NCBI GenBank assembly: GCA_963706095.1
Contig: OY970149.1
Location: 146,183 to 210,182, forward strand
DNA length: 64,000 nt
Direction of reading: 5' to 3'
Source of the DNA: an uncultured Chloroflexia bacterium
GTDB lineage: Bacteria; Chloroflexota; Limnocylindria; Limnocylindrales; CSP1-4
In this document: in pieces, positions 26,570 through 34,673 of the stretch
How positions within the stretch are numbered: the first letter of the stretch is position 1
Layout: each line of letters opens with the position of its first letter
The notes under the pieces: generated by a model
What the model was told of the DNA's origin: nothing
The model's input: only the letters and a program-made list of their open reading frames with translations
Databases searched by the model: none
Translations under genes and position numbers: made by a program

Positions 26570-26621
26570 CGCGGCGAGTTTAGGGCGGTGCCGCGTCCGA
26601 TCACGCGGCTAATCTGTCGCC

Positions 26622-27110
26622 ATGCCGAGTGAACCGCGCGTGGAACGAGCCCGGATACCGGCCGATTACGGCGTCACGAAGGCCAAGTCGTTCGTCGATT
26701 GGCAATACGTGGCCGATCGGTTCACGGAGGCACGCATCTATTGGCTGGCCGTGACCGACGAGCGCGGTCGGCCCCACGTCCGCCCGATCGACGGGCTGTA
26801 CCTCGACAGCGTGCTGTACGTGGGCGGCAGTCCGGAGACGCGCTGGGTCGGACTCCTCCAGGGTGAGCCCCGGGTCAGCGTGCACCTCGCCACGGACGAT
26901 GTGCTGATCTGGGAAGGTCAGGTTCGCGTTCTCCAGGACGTCAGTGACGACCTGGCGACCAGGCTGGCGGCTGCATCGAACGACAAGTTTCCCGAGTACA
27001 AGATGACTCCGGACGCCTACCGGCGCGGCGTGATCGCGATCGAGCCGCGCAAGGTCATCTGCTGGACGGACATCACCAAGGATCCAACCAGGTTCACCTT
27101 CACCGAATGA
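26622..27110 (+). CDS. Pyridoxamine 5'-phosphate oxidase (PPOX)-family flavin/deazaflavin protein
   Basis: 162 aa. IYWLAVTDERGRPHVRPIDGLYLDSVLYVGG is typical of the split-barrel PPOX family. Confidence 0.65.
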   Translation: MPSEPRVERARIPADYGVTKAKSFVDWQYVADRFTEARIYWLAVTDERGRPHVRPIDGLYLDSVLYVGGSPETRWVGLLQGEPRVSVHLATDDVLIWEGQVRVLQDVSDDLATRLAAASNDKFPEYKMTPDAYRRGVIAIEPRKVICWTDITKDPTRFTFTE

Positions 27111-27958
27111 CGGTCGCACCACTCCGCGCCGAGGGGTTTGGGCGCAGATACGGCCGTCGGCGGCCGTGGGCGGTGCGCGGCCTTGACCTGTCGATCCCGC
27201 GCGGATCCATCACCGCGCTGGTCGGTCCCAACGGTTCCGGTAAGTCGACGCTCATCCGATCTTGGATGGGATTCGAGCATCCCAACGAGGGTCGGGTGTT
27301 CGTCGAGGATCTCGACGTAGGCCGACATCGCACCCGCGCGCTGGAGCAGCTCGGCTACGTACCACAGGCAAATGCCCTCTACCGCGACCTGACCGTGGGC
27401 GACCACTTCACGCTCGCCGCCTCGTTCCGCCCCGGTTTCGATCGATCGCTCGCCGAAGATCGGGTGGAAGGTGCCGAGGTCGAGGTCGGTCGCAAGGTCG
27501 GCGAGCTCTCCGGCGGTGAGCAGGCGCAGGTCTCGCTGGCGATCGCGATGGGAACGGGGGCGCCGATCCTGCTGCTCGACGAACCACTCGCCAACCTTGA
27601 TCCTCTTGCGCGGCGCGATTTTCTCGCCGCACTCGTCAAGCACGTCCGAGAAACCGGCAGGACGGCCATCCTGTCGTCGCACATCGTCACTGACGTTCAA
27701 CAGGCATGCGACTGGCTGGCGGTGCTGTCACACGGCCAGCTCCTTCTCCATGCCTCTGTGGCCGACGCTCGGGCCAGCCACCGCTGCGTACTGGACGACC
27801 AAGCAGGCGATGTCGATGTCGTCGGTCGCTTCCTTGATGCGGACGGCGGGCAACGCGCGCTGGTTCGGTCCGACGATCCGACCCTGGCGGATGCCTCGCT
27901 CGAGGAGGTGGTCCTGGGCTACATGGCCAGCCAGCGCCGGCGGGCCGGCCGATCGTGA
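27107..27958 (+). CDS. ABC transporter ATP-binding protein
   Basis: Walker A GPNGSGKST, signature LSGGEQAQ and Walker B ILLLDEP. Its start overlaps the upstream gene by 4 nt. Confidence 0.9.
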   Translation: MTVAPLRAEGFGRRYGRRRPWAVRGLDLSIPRGSITALVGPNGSGKSTLIRSWMGFEHPNEGRVFVEDLDVGRHRTRALEQLGYVPQANALYRDLTVGDHFTLAASFRPGFDRSLAEDRVEGAEVEVGRKVGELSGGEQAQVSLAIAMGTGAPILLLDEPLANLDPLARRDFLAALVKHVRETGRTAILSSHIVTDVQQACDWLAVLSHGQLLLHASVADARASHRCVLDDQAGDVDVVGRFLDADGGQRALVRSDDPTLADASLEEVVLGYMASQRRRAGRS

Positions 27959-28911
27959 GAGCAGCGTGGCTCACGCTCAAGCACCACCGCTTCGAGATCG
28001 GATTCGTGGTCGTGTACGCACTGATCCTTGCCGTAGCCGGAGTGTGGATCAACCAGCGGCTGCTTGGATTCGAGGTGCCGCGCGAGTGCTTCGACACGTG
28101 GTTGTCCGGACCTGGCGAATTCAGTCCCGAGTGCTTCGCCGCAGTCCAGGAGTACTCCGAGTTCCTTTACGGCACCACGTCGTGGTTCGACGTGGCGATG
28201 CTCCTCCTGCCCTTCGCAGCTGGAACGCTGGCCGGCGTTTCCCTCGTCGGACGCGAGCTCGAGTCGCGAACTGCGCAGACCGGTTGGTCGCTGAGCCCGT
28301 CGCGCCCACGCTGGTTGATCAGGCAACTGTGGCCGGTCCTGCTGGTGGTCGGGCTCGCTGTCGGGCTCGCCGCCCTTTCCGCAGCGCTGTTGCACAACAC
28401 GCGGATCAGCGGCTTCCCGCCGACCATCTTTCAAGGACTCGGCTTCCAGGGCCTGCTCGTCGTTGCGCGGTTCCTGGCCGCCTTTGGTATCGCGCTTCTC
28501 GCCGGTAGCCTTCTCGGTCGCGTCCTGCCGGCGTGGATAGTCGCGGCGCTCGCGTGCTTCGCGCTCGTGGTGTTCGGTGCCATCGGCGGTCGACAATCGT
28601 GGTTGGCATCCCAGCCGGGCGTAATAGTCGAGGACTTCACCCAGTCCGTCCTGTTCCTGGAGCAGCTCTGGCGTGAGCCAGAGGGGACGCTGATCGGGGA
28701 GGACCAGGCGTTCTTCATCGCAGCTACCGCAGGTGAGGAAGAGGATCCCTATGAATGGCTGGCGACGAATGGCTACAAGCCGGTTGCCCGCGTCGTCACG
28801 GCGGAAACCGCCGCGCAGTGGGAACCGATGGAGATCGTAGGCACGTTTGGGCTCGCGGTGATCCTGCTTGGCGCCACATTCCCGGTCGTCAACCGCCGCC
28901 GCCCGACGTAG
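27955..28911 (+). CDS. ABC-2-type permease-like membrane protein
   Basis: 4-nt overlap with the ATPase gene. About 6 TM segments plus a C-terminal extracytoplasmic stretch. Confidence 0.65.
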   Translation: MRAAWLTLKHHRFEIGFVVVYALILAVAGVWINQRLLGFEVPRECFDTWLSGPGEFSPECFAAVQEYSEFLYGTTSWFDVAMLLLPFAAGTLAGVSLVGRELESRTAQTGWSLSPSRPRWLIRQLWPVLLVVGLAVGLAALSAALLHNTRISGFPPTIFQGLGFQGLLVVARFLAAFGIALLAGSLLGRVLPAWIVAALACFALVVFGAIGGRQSWLASQPGVIVEDFTQSVLFLEQLWREPEGTLIGEDQAFFIAATAGEEEDPYEWLATNGYKPVARVVTAETAAQWEPMEIVGTFGLAVILLGATFPVVNRRRPT

Positions 28912-28919
28912 TCCGATAG

Positions 28920-28948
28920 TTGACTAACTCGGACTAATCTCATAGGGT
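28920..28948 (+). promoter_or_regulatory. Candidate promoter of the phd/vapC module
   Basis: TTGACT (28920-28925), a 17-nt spacer and TAGGGT (28943-28948, of TANNNT type). The GTG start at 28955 lies 6 nt downstream, so the transcript looks leaderless. Confidence 0.4.
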
Positions 28949-28954
28949 GCGGTC

Positions 28955-29191
28955 GTGACGGCGAAGCAGGTAAACGTGCATGCCGCCAAGACGCACCTGT
29001 CTCGACTTCTGGAAGATGTGGAGGCGGGGGAGGAGATCGTTCTCGCGCGGGCCGGGCGCCCAGTGGCACGACTCGTACCGTTCAAGCCCTCGAAGCAGCC
29101 GCGGACGCCCGGCTTGTGGCGCGGCCGTGTCCGCCTCGCGCCCGATTTCGACGTGACGCCTGATGAGCTGATTTCGACCTTCGAGACGTGA
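28955..29191 (+). CDS. Phd/YefM-family antitoxin
   Basis: 78 aa. VNVHAAKTHLSRLLEDVEAGEEIVLARAGRPVARLVP is typical of this family. It overlaps the toxin gene by 4 nt. Confidence 0.8.
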   Translation: MTAKQVNVHAAKTHLSRLLEDVEAGEEIVLARAGRPVARLVPFKPSKQPRTPGLWRGRVRLAPDFDVTPDELISTFET

Positions 29192-29565
29192 TCCTTCTGC
29201 TCGACGCCCACGCCCTGTTGTGGTGGCTCGACGACAACGTGGAGCTGTCGCAGGACGCTCGGTCAGCTATCGCGGATCCGTCGAACGAGGTGCTGGTCTC
29301 GGCCGCAACGGTGTGGGAGATCGAGATCAAGCGGCAGTTGCGCAAGCTTGAAGCACCAATCGGACTCGTCGACGCCCTGAAACCGGCCGGTCTGAGCGCT
29401 CTGCCGATCACCCTGCGCGATGCCGAGCGAGCCGCTGGTTTGCCGAGCCACCATCGGGATCCATTCGACCGCATGCTCGTCGCTCAGTCGAACCGCCTTG
29501 ACGCCCTATTGGTTACCCGCGACGACGTCTTCGCGCTGTACGGCGTGGAATCGGTGCGGGCCTAG
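29188..29565 (+). CDS. vapC: PIN-domain toxin, VapC family
   Basis: LLLDAHALLWWL...SAATVWEIEIK...HHRDPFDRMLVAQS is a typical VapC pattern. Confidence 0.85.
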   Translation: MILLLDAHALLWWLDDNVELSQDARSAIADPSNEVLVSAATVWEIEIKRQLRKLEAPIGLVDALKPAGLSALPITLRDAERAAGLPSHHRDPFDRMLVAQSNRLDALLVTRDDVFALYGVESVRA

Positions 29566-29649
29566 CTGTCGATTTCGGGCGAGCCATTCGTTGTATGGGT
29601 ATCCGGCGCCAATGAAGGTCGCCGGAGTCCAGTAGGAGGCTCACCTCAT

Positions 29650-29964
29650 ATGTCGAACTATCTGCTTCTCTATCAGGGCGGATCGCGTTCCGAGGATCCG
29701 GCAGTGCAGGAGAAGGCCATGCAGGCCTGGACCAATTGGTTCGGCCAGCTCGGCTCATCGCTCGTCGATGGCGGCAACCCCGCCTCGCAGGCGCGCGAGA
29801 TCAGCACCAATGGCTCAGTCAGTCAGCTCAACGGCAGCCATCCGACCGGCTACTCGATCATCAAGTCGAACGACATCGACGGCGCCGTGGCGCTTGCCAA
29901 GGGATGCCCGATCTTTGCCGATGGCGGCAGCCTGCAGGTGGTCGAAACCGTCGACGCGATGTAG
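29650..29964 (+). CDS. YciI/DGPF-like small protein
   Basis: 104 aa with RBS AGGAGG upstream. The N-terminus YLLLYQGG and the overall size resemble YCII-related proteins. Confidence 0.6.
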   Translation: MSNYLLLYQGGSRSEDPAVQEKAMQAWTNWFGQLGSSLVDGGNPASQAREISTNGSVSQLNGSHPTGYSIIKSNDIDGAVALAKGCPIFADGGSLQVVETVDAM

Positions 29965-29980
29965 CTCACGGCCTCTGGAC

Positions 29981-30012
29981 GCCCCGGGCCTCGTATCCAC
30001 GAGGCCCGGGGC
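29981..30012 (+). terminator. Perfect 13-bp GC-rich hairpin (intrinsic-terminator-like)
   Basis: GCCCCGGGCCTCG-tatcca-CGAGGCCCGGGGC begins 17 nt after the stop of the YciI-like gene. It has no clear U-tract, as is common in GC-rich genomes. Confidence 0.55.
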
Positions 30013-30029
30013 GGTCTAGCATCCGGCGC

Positions 30030-30770
30030 ATGACCGGGGATGTTCGGTTGAGGATCGCGGTGGCGATCGCCGCCGGCCTGATCGCCGTGGCGTGTGGGTC
30101 GCCGACATCCACCGTGCCGGCGGATGGCTCGCCACCCGAATCGGCTGAAGTCAGTGAGCTCCCCGGTCCCAGCCAGTCGGCCGCGCCTGGCCAGACCGCG
30201 ACTGGCGCCCCAGACGCGACCGCAACCCCCATCGCGAACGATCCCGCCGTGACGGCCGCCAGGCAGGTCATCGAGGCAGCTGATCTGGCCGACGACGCGA
30301 CCATCGACATCATCGGCGGAACGCTGCGCTTCACACGAGCAGGCGAGGAGGCGGCGCGCCAGACGCTCCAATCCTCGACCGACGCGAACGCGTTGTGGGC
30401 TGCGCTATGGGTTTACGCATCTGCAGGCACGGATCCTGAGCCGCTGCTGCCGCTACTTTCCAGTGAAAACCCAAGCGTGCGCGCTCTGGCCGCGGCGAAC
30501 CTCGTCGCACTCGGCGACTCGGCGGGCTTCGAGGTGCTCCGGGCCGCCCTATTGGACGAGGGCTCGCTGCTCGGTGCTCACCCACCACGATCAATCCAGG
30601 CCTACGCACTCGGCGTCTTCAATCGCTATGTGGTTGATGAGGGCAGGCCTGCGGAGCCAGCCAGCGAAGAAGAGGTTGTTGGCGCCGCCGCGGAGTGGTC
30701 GACCTGGCTGTCCGATCACGCGTCCGATCTCGAATTTGACGCCACTTCCGGCACCTGGAGAGCGCCATGA
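30030..30770 (+). CDS. Lipoprotein with HEAT/PBS-lyase-like repeat (cassette copy A, gene 1)
   Basis: Lipobox-like LIAVAC, a Pro/Ser/Ala linker and SENPSVRALAAANLVALGDSAGFEVLRAALLDE. It is a paralogue of 36074-36823. Confidence 0.7.
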   Translation: MTGDVRLRIAVAIAAGLIAVACGSPTSTVPADGSPPESAEVSELPGPSQSAAPGQTATGAPDATATPIANDPAVTAARQVIEAADLADDATIDIIGGTLRFTRAGEEAARQTLQSSTDANALWAALWVYASAGTDPEPLLPLLSSENPSVRALAAANLVALGDSAGFEVLRAALLDEGSLLGAHPPRSIQAYALGVFNRYVVDEGRPAEPASEEEVVGAAAEWSTWLSDHASDLEFDATSGTWRAP

Positions 30771-31882
30771 GCCGGCTCCTTGCCAGGACCGGCGTCACCC
30801 TCGTGTTGATGGCCGGCGTGATGGCGCCCGCTGCCACGATTGCCGCCTCGCCACCTGGAGCGATCACCTGGACCGTCGATCACGCCAGGAAGACGATCAG
30901 CGCCAAGGTCCTGATCCAGATCTACACGGGCTGCAGCGGCAATCCCGCAGGCGAGGCCGCGGAGCGAGCCTCAGCCTGCCGGCTGCCGACGTCGATGACC
31001 GGTGCCGCCACCCAGTTCATGGCCGACAAGATCAAGCGCCAGATCGAACGCATCTGGAACAAGCCGTACAAGTACCGCTGCTACACGCTGAACTTCAGCG
31101 TCGACGTGAAGCTCGGGTCTGATCGGGCGCATCTGGACGCCGACCGAATCGGGGTGCGCCTCGATCCATCGCCGGGCGACGTCCGCAACTTCGTGATGCC
31201 GGAGCGGCTCGATCGGACCAGGTGGAACAGCGATGATCCCGCCGACCGCGTGATCCCCACCAATGACGGCGCTCATGAGACCACCTGGAGTGAGGCCACC
31301 GCACTCACCGGAATGAACACATACGCGCACGAGTTCGGGCATCTCCTTGGCCTTCACGATGGCTATCACGATGTCGTCAACCCCGAGACCGGCGTCGTCG
31401 AAAGCGTCCCCTATCCCGATGCTCCTCATGACCTGATGTCTACCCAGGCCGGCGTGATATCGCAGGCGACGATCGATCGGCTGGTCCGGCGCAACCTGCC
31501 CAACATGCGAGATACCAGCGGCAACGCCGTGAGGGACGACGATCTGGCCTGCGATTACCGCGGCGAGTGGGCGGGCCGGCGGCTCATGGGGTTCCTTCGG
31601 TACTGCGCGAACTCGGAGAACCCGTATTGGGGAGCAGAGGTGCAGGCCACGAATGGCGACCGCGGCTGGATCTCATATCTGATCGAGGAAGGGTCGAACA
31701 GCGCTCCGGCGAGCCTGGACGTGCCCTTTGTCGAGCCCGAGCTGGATGCCCTGATCAGAGGCACGGGCACGTTCGTGCCGCCGACCGAGCCCGGTGGGGC
31801 CGCTCACTTCGTGGTCGTCAACGCCGAGGGTACGTACGACATCACCCTCGAGCAAGGGAAGTTCTGTACGACCCTGGGCTAG
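30767..31882 (+). CDS. Secreted zincin metalloprotease, family not recognised (cassette copy A, gene 2)
   Basis: ATGA overlap with gene 1. Signal peptide, AHEFGHLLGLHDGYHD (HExxHxxGxxD), HDLMS about 30 aa downstream and six Cys conserved with the paralogue at 36823-37935. Confidence 0.75.
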   Translation: MSRLLARTGVTLVLMAGVMAPAATIAASPPGAITWTVDHARKTISAKVLIQIYTGCSGNPAGEAAERASACRLPTSMTGAATQFMADKIKRQIERIWNKPYKYRCYTLNFSVDVKLGSDRAHLDADRIGVRLDPSPGDVRNFVMPERLDRTRWNSDDPADRVIPTNDGAHETTWSEATALTGMNTYAHEFGHLLGLHDGYHDVVNPETGVVESVPYPDAPHDLMSTQAGVISQATIDRLVRRNLPNMRDTSGNAVRDDDLACDYRGEWAGRRLMGFLRYCANSENPYWGAEVQATNGDRGWISYLIEEGSNSAPASLDVPFVEPELDALIRGTGTFVPPTEPGGAAHFVVVNAEGTYDITLEQGKFCTTLG

Positions 31883-32499
31883 GTGCAGTCGTTGGTGCGG
31901 TGCCAGGACCTGACCTCGCGACGCGGGGATCGGTGGTCGCTGGAGTCCTTCTTTCGCCATGAGTCGAGATAGGGCCACGGCCACACGGCGCCACGCCGGA
32001 TCTGCCAATCACCCGTCCTGGCACAGGGCGGCGAGATACCGAAGTGCAGATGGCAGGAGCCGGCGCGCCCCGTTCGACCTACCCTCCCGAGTCGCTGTCC
32101 TGCCTCGACCTCCACGCCGCGTCTGATGGCGCGATGCACGCTCGACAAATGGGAGCCGTAGTAGCGCACGGCGTCGGCGCCGAGGATCGACACGAACAGG
32201 CCTCCGCGTGTCGACGGGTGAGCGCCGCGGCCCCAGCGATCGACCCGGCTGACCTCGAGCACGACGCCGTCAACCGCGGACACAACCGGCAGGCCGCACT
32301 TGGCGATGATGTCGCTCGCCGGATAGCCACTGTGACGGTGGGCGTAGCCGGCGTGGCCGACGACCGGGAAGACATACCGGTACCTGGTTGCAGCCTCCGC
32401 ATGGCCGTGCTGGACGAGGACGCCAGCGAGGGCGATGACAACGGCCACGATGGCGGCCGGAAGCCGATAACGCTTTCGCAAGGACATCTCTCTCCCCAA
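31879..32499 (-). CDS. M23 family metallopeptidase (peptidoglycan endopeptidase-like)
   Basis: Signal/anchor sequence, then GRVGRTGRAGSCHLHFGISP, a typical M23 HxH block. Confidence 0.85.
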   Translation of the reverse strand: MGREMSLRKRYRLPAAIVAVVIALAGVLVQHGHAEAATRYRYVFPVVGHAGYAHRHSGYPASDIIAKCGLPVVSAVDGVVLEVSRVDRWGRGAHPSTRGGLFVSILGADAVRYYGSHLSSVHRAIRRGVEVEAGQRLGRVGRTGRAGSCHLHFGISPPCARTGDWQIRRGAVWPWPYLDSWRKKDSSDHRSPRREVRSWHRTNDCT

Positions 32500-32610
32500 C
32501 TAGCGGCGTCACGCAGACGCCCACAACGGCTGCCGGCGATTCTACGAATGTGGCGCGGGCGATGGCAACCCGACGGCGCCGCCTGACCAGCCAGAACTGT
32601 TGTCACGGAC

Positions 32611-32669
32611 AGTTAAGTCGCAGCTTGACTATCGCTGAGCGATGGTGCATAGTTAAGTGCATGCTTAAC
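32611..32669 (+). promoter_or_regulatory. Two related inverted repeats upstream of and over the arsR-family start codon (candidate operators)
   Basis: AGTTAAGTcgcagCTTGACT (32611-32630) and AGTTAAGTgcatgCTTAAC (32651-32669). The second spans the ATG at 32661. Confidence 0.35.
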
Positions 32670-33002
32670 CAACAGCCCGTCCTCGACCGGGTGCTTCAAG
32701 CACTTGCTGACCCGACACGGCGTCAGATCGTAGAGCGGCTGGGAGAGGGGTCAGCAACAGTCAAGGAACTGGCCGTTCCTATGCCCATGTCGCTCGCGGC
32801 CGTAATGCAACACCTCCAGGTGCTCGAGAGGGCCGGGTTGGTCCAAAGCAAGAAGGTCGGCCGATCCCGGGTTTGTCAACTGGAACCTGGACGTCTGGAC
32901 TCGCTGGACGATTGGATCGCGGCACGACGGACGGCATGGGAGCGTCGGCTCGATCGGCTTGGTGCCGCGCTGTCATCGAACCCAGCGAAAACAGGGGAGT
33001 GA
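32661..33002 (+). CDS. ArsR/SmtB family transcriptional regulator
   Basis: LQALADPTRRQIVERLGEGSATVKELA...MQHLQVLERAGLV is a canonical ArsR helix-turn-helix. Confidence 0.85.
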   Translation: MLNQQPVLDRVLQALADPTRRQIVERLGEGSATVKELAVPMPMSLAAVMQHLQVLERAGLVQSKKVGRSRVCQLEPGRLDSLDDWIAARRTAWERRLDRLGAALSSNPAKTGE

Positions 33003-33007
33003 ATCGA

Positions 33008-33496
33008 ATGAACAAGCCCACCGTGCTCCATGGCTCTTTCACGGTCGAGCGAGAGTATGGAGCGCCGATTGAGCGCGTCTTTGCCGCCTGGACGACGGCT
33101 GAGGCCAAGATCGGCTGGTTCGCGCAAGGCGACGATTTCATCGACACACTCGACGAGTACACGCTCGATTTCCGCGTAGGTGGCAAAGAGCGTCTCGTCG
33201 CGCGCCTGGCCAACGGCCACCGACTTGTGCTCGAAGGCACATTTCACGACATCGTGGACGACAGCCGCATCGTGGGAACCTACGAAATCGTGCTCAACGA
33301 GCGGCGAATCTCGGTTTCGCTGTATTCGGTGCAACTGTTCTCGACCACGCTCGGCACGCGGCTGACAACATCCGAAGACGGCGCGTTCCTCGACGAAGCA
33401 GACGACCCGGCGCAGCGAAGGCTGGGCGTGGAGTCGGACCTGGACCAGTTGGCGCACTACCTCGGCCGAGCTGAGCCCGCCATGACACGCGGCTGA
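33008..33496 (+). CDS. SRPBCC (AHSA1/START-like) family protein
   Basis: FTVEREYGAPIERVFAAWTTAE... is typical of the Aha1-like proteins found downstream of ArsR regulators. Confidence 0.8.
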   Translation: MNKPTVLHGSFTVEREYGAPIERVFAAWTTAEAKIGWFAQGDDFIDTLDEYTLDFRVGGKERLVARLANGHRLVLEGTFHDIVDDSRIVGTYEIVLNERRISVSLYSVQLFSTTLGTRLTTSEDGAFLDEADDPAQRRLGVESDLDQLAHYLGRAEPAMTRG

Positions 33497-33502
33497 CGCA
33501 GC

Positions 33503-34663
33503 CTAGGCAGCCTGGGTTTTCGGCAGTAACGCCTGGACGGCGGCGGCGATTTCCTGTGGAGTCAGCGCGAGCGAACCGTCACCGACACTGAGCTCCACCC
33601 AGCGGTGACCCGGGACCTCCGCTTCGTAGGAGGCACCCCAGGTCCAGATGCCCTGCTCCGTCGCGAGCCGGCGGACGGCGGCCGCAAAGTCGGCCTCGGT
33701 CGTCCGCAGCAGCAAATGCATCATCGGCGTCTGAGGCGGGTCGGGCACCACGGTGACTCCGTCGGTCCGCTGGAGCTCGGCCGCAATCGCCTGGGCGTGC
33801 TCGAATCCCGCCTGCATCCTTGGCAGTCGCAGGCGCAGTCCCGCGAGCGCCGTGGCGGCGTATGGCCAGAGGTTGTAGAGCGTGCCGCCGTGGCGGTGGC
33901 GCCACTCGCGCGCCTCGGCGATGACGTCCTCGGGGCCGAGAAGCATGCCGCCGGCGACGCCGCCCAGCCCCTTGTAGAACGAGACGTAGACCGTGTCGAA
34001 GAGACGTGCGATGTCCCTGAGCGGACGGTCGTAAAACGGGCCGCACTCCCACAGCCGGGCGCCGTCGAGGTGGACGGCCGCTCCATGGTCCCTGGCCCAC
34101 TGGACCTGTGCCGCCAGATCGTCCCAGGAGGGCAGCTGACCGCCAATCTCACGCTGCGGCAGCTCGATCAAGAGCGCTGCCAGCGGCTCGTGGATGTCCT
34201 CGAGGTCGCTGACAGCTATGAGCGACTGCCGACTGCCCACCGGTCGGCCGATCAGCCCGTGCAGCCGCTGGTAGGCCTTGTCCTCGTGCAGCTCGAGGTG
34301 GCACGTCGGGTGGAACGCGACGACACGTGAGCTGCGCCGATCGGCGTGGATGCGCAGCGCCGTCTGCTGGGCCATTGTGCCGCTCGGCATGAAAACCGCC
34401 GCGGGCATGTCAAGCAGGTCCAGGACCTCCTTTTCGAGGATCTCGACCGACCCGCCGCTGCCATAGCTGTCTGCCGCGAGCTCTGTCGGCGCCAGCGTGG
34501 ACAGCTCTTCGAGCGTGGAGCTCGCGGGTCGCAATCCGTGGCCGGAGACGAACCGATCACACTTCTCGCGCAGCTCGCGCGCCTCATCAGGGGAGAGACG
34601 GCCGGCTTCCGTCGCGGCCGAGTCGATACGAGCGCGCACGTCGCTCGAAAGCCGTTCTGTCAC
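33503..34663 (-). CDS. PLP-dependent threonine aldolase / beta-eliminating lyase family protein
   Basis: FMPSGTMAQQTAL, HLDGARLWE and DTVYVSFYKGLGG (PLP Lys region). The GTG at 34663 is chosen because it lies just after the upstream stop; ATG at 34726 is an alternative. Confidence 0.7.
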   Translation of the reverse strand: MTERLSSDVRARIDSAATEAGRLSPDEARELREKCDRFVSGHGLRPASSTLEELSTLAPTELAADSYGSGGSVEILEKEVLDLLDMPAAVFMPSGTMAQQTALRIHADRRSSRVVAFHPTCHLELHEDKAYQRLHGLIGRPVGSRQSLIAVSDLEDIHEPLAALLIELPQREIGGQLPSWDDLAAQVQWARDHGAAVHLDGARLWECGPFYDRPLRDIARLFDTVYVSFYKGLGGVAGGMLLGPEDVIAEAREWRHRHGGTLYNLWPYAATALAGLRLRLPRMQAGFEHAQAIAAELQRTDGVTVVPDPPQTPMMHLLLRTTEADFAAAVRRLATEQGIWTWGASYEAEVPGHRWVELSVGDGSLALTPQEIAAAVQALLPKTQAA

Positions 34664-34673
34664 CGCATGAACC

